Origin: Candidatus Thorarchaeota archaeon
GTDB taxonomy: Archaea > Asgardarchaeota > Thorarchaeia > Thorarchaeales > Thorarchaeaceae
Direction: 5' to 3'
NCBI GenBank assembly: GCA_003345555.1
Contig: PRDJ01000039.1
Span: 30,001-62,000, forward strand
Length of the DNA stretch: 32,000 bases
The translations under genes and the position numbers were made by a program. The notes under the pieces were generated by a model. The model saw only the letters and a program-made list of their open reading frames with translations, ran no database searches and had not been told where the DNA came from. Numbering within the stretch: the first letter of the stretch is position 1; every line of letters starts with the position of its first letter. Positions 24,211 through 32,000 of this stretch are shown piece by piece.

Positions 24211-25350
24211 TTGGTAAACACATCGCGAGTTCTTCATCTTGTCAAAGCCCTCGTAGCCGCGAACTCAGAGAATCCCCCAGGTCGAGAGGATCGGGCCGCC
24301 CAAGTCCTACGTGAACACGTGGAGGAACATAGTCTTTCCTGCACGACAATCGGTCCAGACGAGCGACCGAATCTGGTCGTTTCGACCGATCGTCTTGACG
24401 AGGCAGAGCTGGTGCTTCACGGTCATCTTGATACGGTCCCCGTAGGTCCGAGAGACTCATGGTCGCATGAACCATTTCAGTGTGAGCAGGTGGGTGACAG
24501 ACTCTATGGGCGAGGAGCCTGTGACATGAAAGGGCCACTAGCAGCATTGGTTGAGACGATGATAACCTATGCTGACGAAAGGCACGCGAAGCCGCTGCTT
24601 ATGCTAGCCACGACTGATGAAGAGAGCGGTTCTTCTGGTGCTGACCAAGTAGCTGCAAGCAAGATCCTAACCGGAGTTCGCTATGGCGTATGCGCGGAAC
24701 CTACGTCGCTTGAGGTTCTGGTGGGCGAGAAAGGGATGCTATGGGTTCGCGTTACTGCTGAAGGGAAGTCAGCCCATGGTTCTAGGCCTGAGGAGGGGAT
24801 CAATGCCATTGAACTCTGCATAAACGCCGTCAAGATACTGACAAAGCGCCCCTATCCGTTCGAGCGAGATTCACTCATGGGAAAGCCGACGATGAACGTA
24901 GGTGTCATAAACGGCGGCGTCAAAATCAATGTGGTACCCAATCGGTGTGAAGCACTTATCGACATGAGACTAGTGAAAGGGCAGGGCATCGAGTCCACCC
25001 TTGAGCAAATGAAGAACAGGTTGAAAGAAGCTGGTCTATCTGAAAGAGTCAGGGTGGATTATGTCCACGGACTCCCCGCAGTAATCACTCCGATTGATGC
25101 AGAGATAGTGTCAGCAAGTCTTGAAGCTGTTGAGAAGGTGACGGGCCGAGCACAGCGACCCCGTGCCGCAACGTTTGGCACGGACTGTTCTGTTCTGCAA
25201 CCCAAGATAGGCATCCTGAATGTGATTTGCGGGGCAGGTTCAATTGAACAGGCGCATCAACCTGATGAGTACGTTTCTGTGGAGCAGTTGCTCTCTTCTG
25301 TTGATGTCTATCTCCATATAGCGAGGCACTTTGCTCGCGACATCTCTTGA
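24211..25350 (+). CDS. M20 family metallopeptidase/deacylase (ArgE/DapE-like, 379 aa)
   Basis: HGHLDTVP, GRGACDMKG, DEESG, EPT, GKSAHGSRP, AHQPDEY. Start at TTG 24211 inferred from where the family N-terminus begins. Confidence 0.92.
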   Translation: MVNTSRVLHLVKALVAANSENPPGREDRAAQVLREHVEEHSLSCTTIGPDERPNLVVSTDRLDEAELVLHGHLDTVPVGPRDSWSHEPFQCEQVGDRLYGRGACDMKGPLAALVETMITYADERHAKPLLMLATTDEESGSSGADQVAASKILTGVRYGVCAEPTSLEVLVGEKGMLWVRVTAEGKSAHGSRPEEGINAIELCINAVKILTKRPYPFERDSLMGKPTMNVGVINGGVKINVVPNRCEALIDMRLVKGQGIESTLEQMKNRLKEAGLSERVRVDYVHGLPAVITPIDAEIVSASLEAVEKVTGRAQRPRAATFGTDCSVLQPKIGILNVICGAGSIEQAHQPDEYVSVEQLLSSVDVYLHIARHFARDIS

Positions 25351-25484
25351 TTCCTCCGCAGTAGCGTCCACAATGAACCGCACTAGCAGCATGTAGTGGA
25401 CAAGATTCTGCCAATACGTAGAAACCTACTTATCGATGTTTGCCGGCAGCATGAGTCGGGCCTGCTGGCTCGGGGCAAAACCAG

Positions 25485-25979
25485 ATGCACGACGTTACTT
25501 TTGTCATGTTCTTGCAGAGCCCTCTTGCTCTCTTGCTCCTTACTGCCGGGCTTGTTCTGAAGAAACGCTCCAAAAAGCCCACGAAGGCTCCGTACGAGAA
25601 ACAGATTCGTTCCATGATCACAGCGATTGACAAGGGAAAGACTGTCACAGCTCCTGCCACTGATAGTCGTCTGGAGATTATCACCGACCTCTTTGAGAGC
25701 AAGATGAAAGCTGTAGGTCTGGAGCCGTCTCAGGATTCGGGCTACGTACCTACCGGTTTCACACCTCTAGCTACCTTTCTTCACGAGCATGGTGCATCAG
25801 AAGATATCGTGGGCGCAATGCTCTCAGGTTTGAAAGAGGCCAATTCTGAGTCAGAAGTTCTCGATATGATCGACGCGGCAGCAGAGTCGAAGGAAATTGA
25901 CTTGCGCGGATCGACGTTGGCCAAAGCCAAAGAGCTTGCTATGCTCGAATGGAAACGTTCCGGACACGACACGTCGTAG
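25485..25979 (+). CDS. Hypothetical protein with an N-terminal transmembrane anchor (164 aa)
   Basis: Hydrophobic LALLLLTAGLVL followed by basic KKRSKK; ends 12 nt before alaX. Confidence 0.75.
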   Translation: MHDVTFVMFLQSPLALLLLTAGLVLKKRSKKPTKAPYEKQIRSMITAIDKGKTVTAPATDSRLEIITDLFESKMKAVGLEPSQDSGYVPTGFTPLATFLHEHGASEDIVGAMLSGLKEANSESEVLDMIDAAAESKEIDLRGSTLAKAKELAMLEWKRSGHDTS

Positions 25980-25991
25980 AGGGAGAATCCC

Positions 25992-26720
25992 TTGACCGAG
26001 TTACTACATATGCAGGATAACTATCTCCGAGAGTTTGACGGACGGGTTGCCAGCATAAGTGAAGGTGCTGTCGTTCTTGACAGGACCTGCTTCTATCCAG
26101 AAGGAGGAGGGCAGATCGGCGACAAGGGCACTCTTAGCGACAGCAAGAGCACATTCCAAGTTACGGACACTAGGAAAGTGGATGATGAGGTTCGACATAT
26201 CTGCGCAGGTATTATTCCGCAGGGATTTGGTCCAGTGGTTCATGGGTCTCTTGACTGGAATTCACGTTACGAATGCATGCGTTTCCATACTGCACAGCAC
26301 GTTCTTTCTCGTTATCTCCTCTTGAACTATGGACTTGAGACAGTGGGAAATATGGTCAAGCCGGGCGAGAGCAGAGCCGACTACCAGCAAGTGGATCACA
26401 TAACTGAAGATATGAAAAGGGAAGTTGAGGCGGGTGTCAATTCCATTCTTGCCCGCAACCTCGATATCGCCATTCGCTTCATGCCGCGCGAAGAGGCCAT
26501 CACTTTTCTGCAGGAAGCCGGCTATCAGGTGAGGTACCTCGAGATGGTTCCTAAGTCGGTCTCCGAATTCAGGGTTGTCGCCGTGGGTGACTACGACTTC
26601 GCCTCATGTGCAGGCACGCATGTGGCCAACACCGGGGAAATCGGGAGAATCGTAATCGGGAAGAGTAAGAACGTGGGAGCAGGAAAGCAGCGGATATACT
26701 TCTCACTGTCTCGCGCGTGA
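25992..26720 (+). CDS. alaX: Free-standing alanyl-tRNA editing protein (AlaX-M type, 242 aa)
   Basis: FYPEGGGQIGDKG, MRFHTAQHVL (HxxxH), CAGTH (CxxxH) zinc ligands. Confidence 0.93.
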   Translation: MTELLHMQDNYLREFDGRVASISEGAVVLDRTCFYPEGGGQIGDKGTLSDSKSTFQVTDTRKVDDEVRHICAGIIPQGFGPVVHGSLDWNSRYECMRFHTAQHVLSRYLLLNYGLETVGNMVKPGESRADYQQVDHITEDMKREVEAGVNSILARNLDIAIRFMPREEAITFLQEAGYQVRYLEMVPKSVSEFRVVAVGDYDFASCAGTHVANTGEIGRIVIGKSKNVGAGKQRIYFSLSRA

Positions 26721-26795
26721 ACCCGTCATGTCATAAGCATCTCGGGCCAAAGACTTTATTCAGCCTGAGTATCTCGGGAAGGCAGTGTGAAAGAG

Positions 26796-28091
26796 ATGAA
26801 AGCACTGGTTCTGACTGCAGGCGTCGGTAATAGGCTCAGGCCTCTCACTGCCAATCGATCAAAGTCGATGCTCATGATAGCTGGCAAACCTGTGGTGCAG
26901 TACATTATCGATAGTCTCAAAGAAAACGACATACGAGATATCACGATTGTTGTGGGACACGGCAAACAGGAGCTTATGGACTACATTGAGCAGGGTGGTG
27001 ACGAGGACATCAGCATCCGCTATGTCCACCAACTCGAACAGAAGGGAGTGGAAAATGCAATACTCTGTGCAAGAGATGAGCTGGGCGACGAGGAGGAGTT
27101 CCTTGCTGTGCACGGAGACGTTCTGGTCGAGCCCGAAATGGTCGCACGTGCACTCGAAAATCACGAAACGCAGGACGCCTACATGACTTATCTCGTGACA
27201 CTTGTCTCAAACCCTGAGCAGTTTGGCACCGTGAAGATAGGCCGAAATGGGATGGTGGAGCGGCTTGTGGAGAAGGGTGGTCCCGACCGCTATGTAAGCA
27301 ACTACGCAGTGGCGGGCTTGACCGTATTCAACCGAGAGATCTTCTCACTGCTTTCAAAGCATGGAACCATGGAACGCGCAATCGAATCTGTAATCACAGG
27401 CGGTAAGAGAGTTGGCGCCGCTGTCTGGGAGAAGGAGTGGGCCGAATTCACATGGCCATGGGACATTCTTAAGGCAAACAGGATTGTCATGGATAGAAAG
27501 CTGAAGGGCCATGGGACATTCATAGCCGAGTCTGCAGAGATTCATAAGAACGTGGTACTAGAAGGGCCAGTCTTCATTGATGAGGGAAGCATCATCCGCC
27601 CTGGTACGACTCTGCACGGCCCGATATATATCGGAAAGGGAGTCTATATCGGGAACAACTCGCTCGTGAGGGACTACGCAAGTCTGTGTGATAACGTTCA
27701 CATAGGCTACGCTGTTGAAGTGAGGAACAGCATGGTTTTCGAACGAGTGAAGATTGGAAGAATGACTTACTTAGCTGATAGTCTCGTGGGTGCTGACGCT
27801 GTCATAGAAGCCGGGGTCCAGCTCTGGAACTGGAGACCGGGAAATCAGCCACTTTACCTGCGGGAACCGGAAGAGAAGATACGAGTGCCGATGAGTAAGT
27901 TCGGGGCTATCATAGGCGATGGCGTTATCATCGGAGTGAATACGTCAATCTATCCCGCTACGCGTATCGGGGAGAATAGTGTCATTGCAGCAGGGTGCAT
28001 AATTGACGAGGACATCCCGCCTGACAGCGATGTCCGAGTACAACAGAACCTTTCAATCACCAAGCGTTCTGATTCCCAAAGCTGTGAGTAG
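26796..28091 (+). CDS. Sugar-phosphate nucleotidyltransferase with a C-terminal hexapeptide-repeat beta-helix (archaeal GlmU-like, 431 aa)
   Basis: LTAGVGNRLRPLT, VHGD, VEK, PWDIL, hexapeptide repeats, KFGAIIGDGV. Confidence 0.9.
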   Translation: MKALVLTAGVGNRLRPLTANRSKSMLMIAGKPVVQYIIDSLKENDIRDITIVVGHGKQELMDYIEQGGDEDISIRYVHQLEQKGVENAILCARDELGDEEEFLAVHGDVLVEPEMVARALENHETQDAYMTYLVTLVSNPEQFGTVKIGRNGMVERLVEKGGPDRYVSNYAVAGLTVFNREIFSLLSKHGTMERAIESVITGGKRVGAAVWEKEWAEFTWPWDILKANRIVMDRKLKGHGTFIAESAEIHKNVVLEGPVFIDEGSIIRPGTTLHGPIYIGKGVYIGNNSLVRDYASLCDNVHIGYAVEVRNSMVFERVKIGRMTYLADSLVGADAVIEAGVQLWNWRPGNQPLYLREPEEKIRVPMSKFGAIIGDGVIIGVNTSIYPATRIGENSVIAAGCIIDEDIPPDSDVRVQQNLSITKRSDSQSCE

Positions 28092-28093
28092 GA

Positions 28094-28765
28094 TCAGTCC
28101 TGGCTGTCAATATGCGTTTTCGCGACAAGCTTTTCATCAATATAGAGAGCGACTGAATCTTCTCTCACTAGAAGCTTCACACTAGACCCGGGCAGGATGG
28201 TTACTCCTTGGAACACATAACCCCCGACGTGGGCTTGACAATCCCCGCCAATTGCCGTGTCATGGATGGTTTCCGTCAAAGAGACACCGTAGCTCGATGG
28301 TACAATCTTTAGTAAGTCAAGCAAGCGGTCCAGCTGTTTCGTTTCATGCTGTGTCAGGTACTCTCTCACAGTCTGATAGCCGAGATACCTATCTCGACCC
28401 CTGCCAACTACTTGGTCACGATATCGTCCGGTCGTAATCCTTTCAGCGGCGAGGTAGACCCCAAGCCCTCTCTCAATTGCATCGAGGTCTGTTCTTTCTT
28501 CTGCACGCCTCGAAGTGGACACGCAGGGATGGCTCATTTCATGAGCCAGTAGACCTAGCAACGCGCACTGGTGCCATCGCTGGGCAGTCTTGTCACAAAC
28601 AAGACTGATTGCCTCGCGTGGGTTGGTCCACCTTATTTCAGCGAACGAGGACAGCCTGCTCCACTTTGCCCTCAGAGGCTGGTCAACGAGTTCTGGGTAT
28701 GCGTATCTGGAAAGATTCGATACAAGCATGCTGAGCTCAGAGTCGGAGTGTTTCTCCCTTCTCAT
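28094..28765 (-). CDS. Hypothetical protein with an HExxH zinc-metallopeptidase-like motif (223 aa)
   Basis: LLAHEMSH followed by EERTDLDAIERG (downstream Glu as candidate third ligand). Confidence 0.7.
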   Translation of the reverse strand: MRREKHSDSELSMLVSNLSRYAYPELVDQPLRAKWSRLSSFAEIRWTNPREAISLVCDKTAQRWHQCALLGLLAHEMSHPCVSTSRRAEERTDLDAIERGLGVYLAAERITTGRYRDQVVGRGRDRYLGYQTVREYLTQHETKQLDRLLDLLKIVPSSYGVSLTETIHDTAIGGDCQAHVGGYVFQGVTILPGSSVKLLVREDSVALYIDEKLVAKTHIDSQD

Positions 28766-28890
28766 TGGTCATCACGCAAGCAAGCATAATGGCGGCACTT
28801 AAGCCTGAGTCACACTTTTTCAGCGAATCCGCAGTCGCCGCTGCCCGGGTTGACACAAATTGCCAACATTCACACAACAACGCATGAGCA

Positions 28891-28900
28891 TATTTAAAAG
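28891..28900 (+). promoter_or_regulatory. TATA box for rps25e
   Basis: TATTTAAAAG ~52 nt upstream of the inferred start at 28952. Confidence 0.55.
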
Positions 28901-28951
28901 CCAAACTCCAGATTCCCGCGAAGGAACCGTCCCAAATCAACTAGGAGAGTA

Positions 28952-29767
28952 ATTGCCATCAGCAAGAAGAAGTGGGGAAAGCCTGCCGCAAAGACCGAGC
29001 GATTGGTGCGAGAAGCAGTTCCCAAGCCAGAGACACTTCAGGAAGTGGATGACTACCTCAAGAAGGTCAGATCAACAACGGTTTTTGATGTGGCCAATCG
29101 GTTCAACATTCGTATGAGTGTTGCTCGGAGTATATTGGCGGAAAGAGAGGCAAACGGCAGTCTTGTTCCGTACGTGCGCGATGGCGGATTCGTAGCATAC
29201 TCAACTCCAGCTGAAATGGAGAAACGTCAGTCGGGTCGTGCCGTCCTTATCGCTGATGCACTCGAGGAGGTCGCATCATCTGTCACTCATGAGAGTCTTA
29301 TGACTGACCAGGTGGAAACAGCGTTGGCAGCAGCTGCCAGCATGGCAGTGGTGAAGCCGGGCAAGATTGCACGCCAGAGACGAGAGTTTGGCGAAAGAAA
29401 AGAGAAGACAAGGGATCGGAGACCCGAAGTCCTCGTGCAGCCTTTGGAAGGCGAAGGCGAGACTGGGCGAACGCTGGAACCAGAAAGGGGATTCACTCGG
29501 CCGGTTGCTCCGAAGGAGACTCCCCGGGAGGTAGCGCCGAAGACCGCTATCGTATCGCCAGAGGCCCCACAAGCGAGTTCCCGTTCGAAGAAGACTCCAT
29601 CCAAGCCCGAAAAGCCCGCCAGACCTGCGGCGAAGCCAAAAGAGAAAGCCGGGCCCAAGAAGAAGCCTGAGGCCGCAGCGAAGAAGCCTGCCAAGCCTGC
29701 GCAGAAGGCTCAAGTCAGGAAGAAACCATCTTCCGAAAAGCCGACCAAGACCGTCAAGAAGAAGTAG
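28952..29767 (+). CDS. rps25e: 30S ribosomal protein eS25 with a long Lys/Pro/Ala-rich C-terminal extension (271 aa from ATT 28952)
   Basis: KKKWGK N-terminal motif (28964-28981) in frame upstream of the first canonical start (TTG 29003); core TVFDVANRFNIRMSVARSILAE matches the eS25 wHTH; AGGAG RBS at 28943-28947. Confidence 0.85.
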   Translation: MAISKKKWGKPAAKTERLVREAVPKPETLQEVDDYLKKVRSTTVFDVANRFNIRMSVARSILAEREANGSLVPYVRDGGFVAYSTPAEMEKRQSGRAVLIADALEEVASSVTHESLMTDQVETALAAAASMAVVKPGKIARQRREFGERKEKTRDRRPEVLVQPLEGEGETGRTLEPERGFTRPVAPKETPREVAPKTAIVSPEAPQASSRSKKTPSKPEKPARPAAKPKEKAGPKKKPEAAAKKPAKPAQKAQVRKKPSSEKPTKTVKKK

Positions 29768-29931
29768 GAATATTCCTACTATCAAGCGGTCGTCCGGCTG
29801 TCTACAGAATCACGTTCAGTCAGGGTCATCGCCACTAGGTCCCACGAGTACGTCGACAGAATCCGAGTCACCGATGGAAAGATAGGATGAGGCAAGAAAC
29901 AAAGAGTATCTTGCCTTTCCAAAACTCGATC

Positions 29932-30576
29932 TCACTTCATGCCAGCTATTTGCCTATCAAGATCCTCAAGCTGCGAATCCAGTTCGGCTTCCTTGGTCTT
30001 GTAGTCCTCTTCTGGAATGTATCCTCTCATGTAGTCAAAGCGCAAGTCAGTCAAGGCAGCCTTCAAACGATCCTTCTGTTGCAGAAGGAAGTCGAGTTGG
30101 TCGCTAGAACCTGCAGGCGCTGCTGGAGCTGGAGCAGGAGCTACCTTTGCTGCGGGTGCAGCAGGCGCTGACTTCGCTGGGGCCGGAGCTAGTGCCGATT
30201 TCGCGGGAGCGGGTGCTGGCGCAGGCTTTGGCGTAGGTGCTGGAGCTGCTTTTGGAGTTGCAGCAGCCTTCGGAGGAGCTGTCGGTGCAGCCCTCGGTGG
30301 CGCAGTCGGGGCAGCAGCCTCTGCCGACAATGAGCTTGGTTGTACTGCCTCCATAGTCTCCATGTTACGCCTAAGAGTGTCAATCTGGTCAGCAATCTGA
30401 GTAAAGCTATCATTGATGGTCTGATTAATCGCGGTCTTCATCCTTGCCAAGTTCTCTGCCAGCTGATCGGCAAGCTTCTTTGTCTCCGCGACCTTGTTAG
30501 CAAAGCTTTCTATCGCCCTGAGCTTCTGGTTCAGCTCTTCCATTTGTCTTTGAATAGCGCTAAAATCGAAGGCCAT
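29932..30576 (-). CDS. Hypothetical protein: N-terminal coiled coil, Ala/Pro-rich linker, C-terminal helical module with GYIPEEDY motif (214 aa)
   Basis: AGGTGA RBS 6 nt upstream of the ATG; three-part architecture visible in the translation. Confidence 0.85.
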   Translation of the reverse strand: MAFDFSAIQRQMEELNQKLRAIESFANKVAETKKLADQLAENLARMKTAINQTINDSFTQIADQIDTLRRNMETMEAVQPSSLSAEAAAPTAPPRAAPTAPPKAAATPKAAPAPTPKPAPAPAPAKSALAPAPAKSAPAAPAAKVAPAPAPAAPAGSSDQLDFLLQQKDRLKAALTDLRFDYMRGYIPEEDYKTKEAELDSQLEDLDRQIAGMK

Positions 30577-30673
30577 GTATACTCACCTGATGGACAGCCT
30601 CTGTGCATGAAAGTCTGGGCTGTCGTTCTTAACCTTTGTCGTCATCAACTCCGTCACCTGCGCGTATGGGAGC

Positions 30674-31531
30674 CTACGCAGGCACCGGTTTGGCTTCACC
30701 CTTTCCTTCAAGGATGGCTTTCCGGATGATTTGAATGAGGCGGTCTCTATAGGAGATGTCTATCGCGACGAGCTCGTAAGTGGCGATTCCGAGAATCTGG
30801 CCCACTCTCTCAGGAGTCAGAGCAGTGGGCAGGTCTTGCTTGTTGGCGATGCCAATTACCTTGGCTTCAGGAACCTCCTCTTTGACCAGAGACACCAACT
30901 TCTTGCTACGCAAAACGTTCTCAAGGGTACTATCGGTCACAATGATGACAACTTGGGCATTCGCTATCATCTTGGCCCAGAGGATACTAAACCGCGATTG
31001 ACCCGCAAGGTCCCAGAGTACTATGTTCGCATTTTGGACTTCGTCCGGGAGCTTCTTTATCGATACACCGATTGTAGGATCATGTACCAGTGGAAGTGTC
31101 TCTCCCCTGAGCAGATGCAGTGTGGTGGTCTTGCCAACGCCTGCGTATCCAAGAATCGCCACCTTCACCATTGTCACTGCTATCTCGTCGACCTTTGCAT
31201 CAAGACCTTCCAAGGGGAGGTTCGCTTCTGCAAGGGTTGCGAAGTCCTTTATGAAGGCATCAACTAGCTGCGTCATCCGCTCCTCTATCTGAGCTGTGTC
31301 GTCGGCCTTGTCGGCCACAAACATGAATACGAAGTCGCGTCGAGCAGCATAGAATATCCTTGTCCCTGAGAAACCCATGTACTCTGTCTTTCCCTCCAGG
31401 TCAACTGAGGAAATGAAATGAGCGAAATTCACTAGGAACTCAACCAGTCCCTCTCCTGATTCGCTCTTGGCGTATTCTTTGGAATATATGACATTGCTCT
31501 GTTGTCCAAGTATGTATAGGCTTCTAATCAT
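30674..31531 (-). CDS. Longin-domain / small Ras-superfamily (Arf/Rab-like) GTPase fusion (285 aa)
   Basis: G1 GYAGVGKT, G2 PTIG, G3 WDLAGQ, G4 NKQD; N-terminal ~115 aa with longin-like pattern (IRSLYIL...VIYSKEY...RIFYAARRDFVFMFVAD); ATG overlaps the upstream TGA (ATGA). Confidence 0.92.
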   Translation of the reverse strand: MIRSLYILGQQSNVIYSKEYAKSESGEGLVEFLVNFAHFISSVDLEGKTEYMGFSGTRIFYAARRDFVFMFVADKADDTAQIEERMTQLVDAFIKDFATLAEANLPLEGLDAKVDEIAVTMVKVAILGYAGVGKTTTLHLLRGETLPLVHDPTIGVSIKKLPDEVQNANIVLWDLAGQSRFSILWAKMIANAQVVIIVTDSTLENVLRSKKLVSLVKEEVPEAKVIGIANKQDLPTALTPERVGQILGIATYELVAIDISYRDRLIQIIRKAILEGKGEAKPVPA

Positions 31532-31986
31532 TGCTCGCCACTCCACTTCTCGGCAAGTATCTCAAGATGTCTTCTGGCAATCTCAGGGGTTATCTCGTCG
31601 TTAGACAGCTTATCTGCTATCAGCGGCAGAACAAACTCTGGGATAAATGATTCCATGATTGGGTTGGTCACCAAAGCCCAGATTCCTTCTCCGATTTGTG
31701 CCGCAACATTTTCAGACTCTAAGCTGAATAGCGCGTTTTGAACGATTTCTTCCTGAAGCAGCGTTCTGTTCGATATCTCTCTCACTGAAAGCGGCTCATC
31801 TCGCAGAGAAGTTAGGACCTTGTATTCGATCTTCTTGGAAAGCACTCTCGCGATCTTTTCCCTGTCTTCGACCAGCGGTGAATTGGGGTCGTCGCTGGGT
31901 ATCGTGGGGTTGTATCCTCGGCTCGGAGGTGGCGGTGCGAAGAACTCAGCAACTCGCTGTTGGTACTGAGCGGCGAGCCCGGGCAT
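31528..31986 (-). CDS. Winged-helix-containing hypothetical protein with a PPPP motif (at least 152 aa; may extend beyond the window)
   Basis: YKVLTSLRDEPLSVREISNRTLLQEEIVQNALFSLESEN...GIWAL is a wHTH pattern; no in-frame stop between 31987 and the window end. Confidence 0.8.
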   Translation of the reverse strand: MPGLAAQYQQRVAEFFAPPPPSRGYNPTIPSDDPNSPLVEDREKIARVLSKKIEYKVLTSLRDEPLSVREISNRTLLQEEIVQNALFSLESENVAAQIGEGIWALVTNPIMESFIPEFVLPLIADKLSNDEITPEIARRHLEILAEKWSGEQ

Positions 31987-32000
31987 GGATTTCCTAGCTT

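Noticed and set aside
20346-25350. Lysine (DAP) biosynthesis cluster: dapA, dapA, dapE
   Set aside because: Both DapA-like barrels lack the DHDPS Arg, one lacks the catalytic Lys, both carry Fae domains; the M20 enzyme has only family-level motifs; no dapB, asd or lysA in the window.
29276-29785. Antisense ORFs (169 and 135 aa) over the eS25 tail
   Set aside because: Shadow frames of a low-complexity Lys/Pro/Ala region; no RBS or motifs.
1-32000. CRISPR arrays, transposases, integrases, rRNA or tRNA genes
   Set aside because: No regularly spaced 25-45-nt repeats, recombinase motifs, rRNA signature or cloverleaf seen; absence judged by eye only.

Overview
Archaeal chromosomal window, most consistent with an Asgard archaeon (Thorarchaeia-like; inference from eS25 with a KKKW motif, a longin-GTPase fusion, Fae domains, tungsten AOR, GAGGTGA-type ribosome-binding sites and TATA boxes). 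The left third is an amino-acid fermentation cluster: three glutamate dehydrogenase paralogs around a tandem Lrp/AsnC regulator, ilvE, a 4Fe-4S protein and aor. The middle holds a beta-propeller surface protein, a small Sm/Hfq-like protein, an MBL hydrolase and two large unknown helical proteins. The most striking element is a tandem pair of DapA-family aldolase/Fae (formaldehyde-activating enzyme) fusions with reciprocal catalytic loss: copy 1 keeps the aldolase Schiff-base Lys but lacks the Fae His, and copy 2 lacks the Lys but keeps the His. The two ORFs are in frame, separated by one UGA, and copy 2 appears to start at ACG. A candidate ~300-nt structured RNA closed by a perfect 15-bp stem follows. 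The right end has an M20 hydrolase, alaX, a GlmU-like enzyme, eS25 (apparent AUU start, long Lys/Pro/Ala tail) and a wHTH / longin-GTPase / coiled-coil cluster. No rRNA, tRNA, CRISPR array or transposase was recognised. All family calls come from motif reading by eye; no searches were run.
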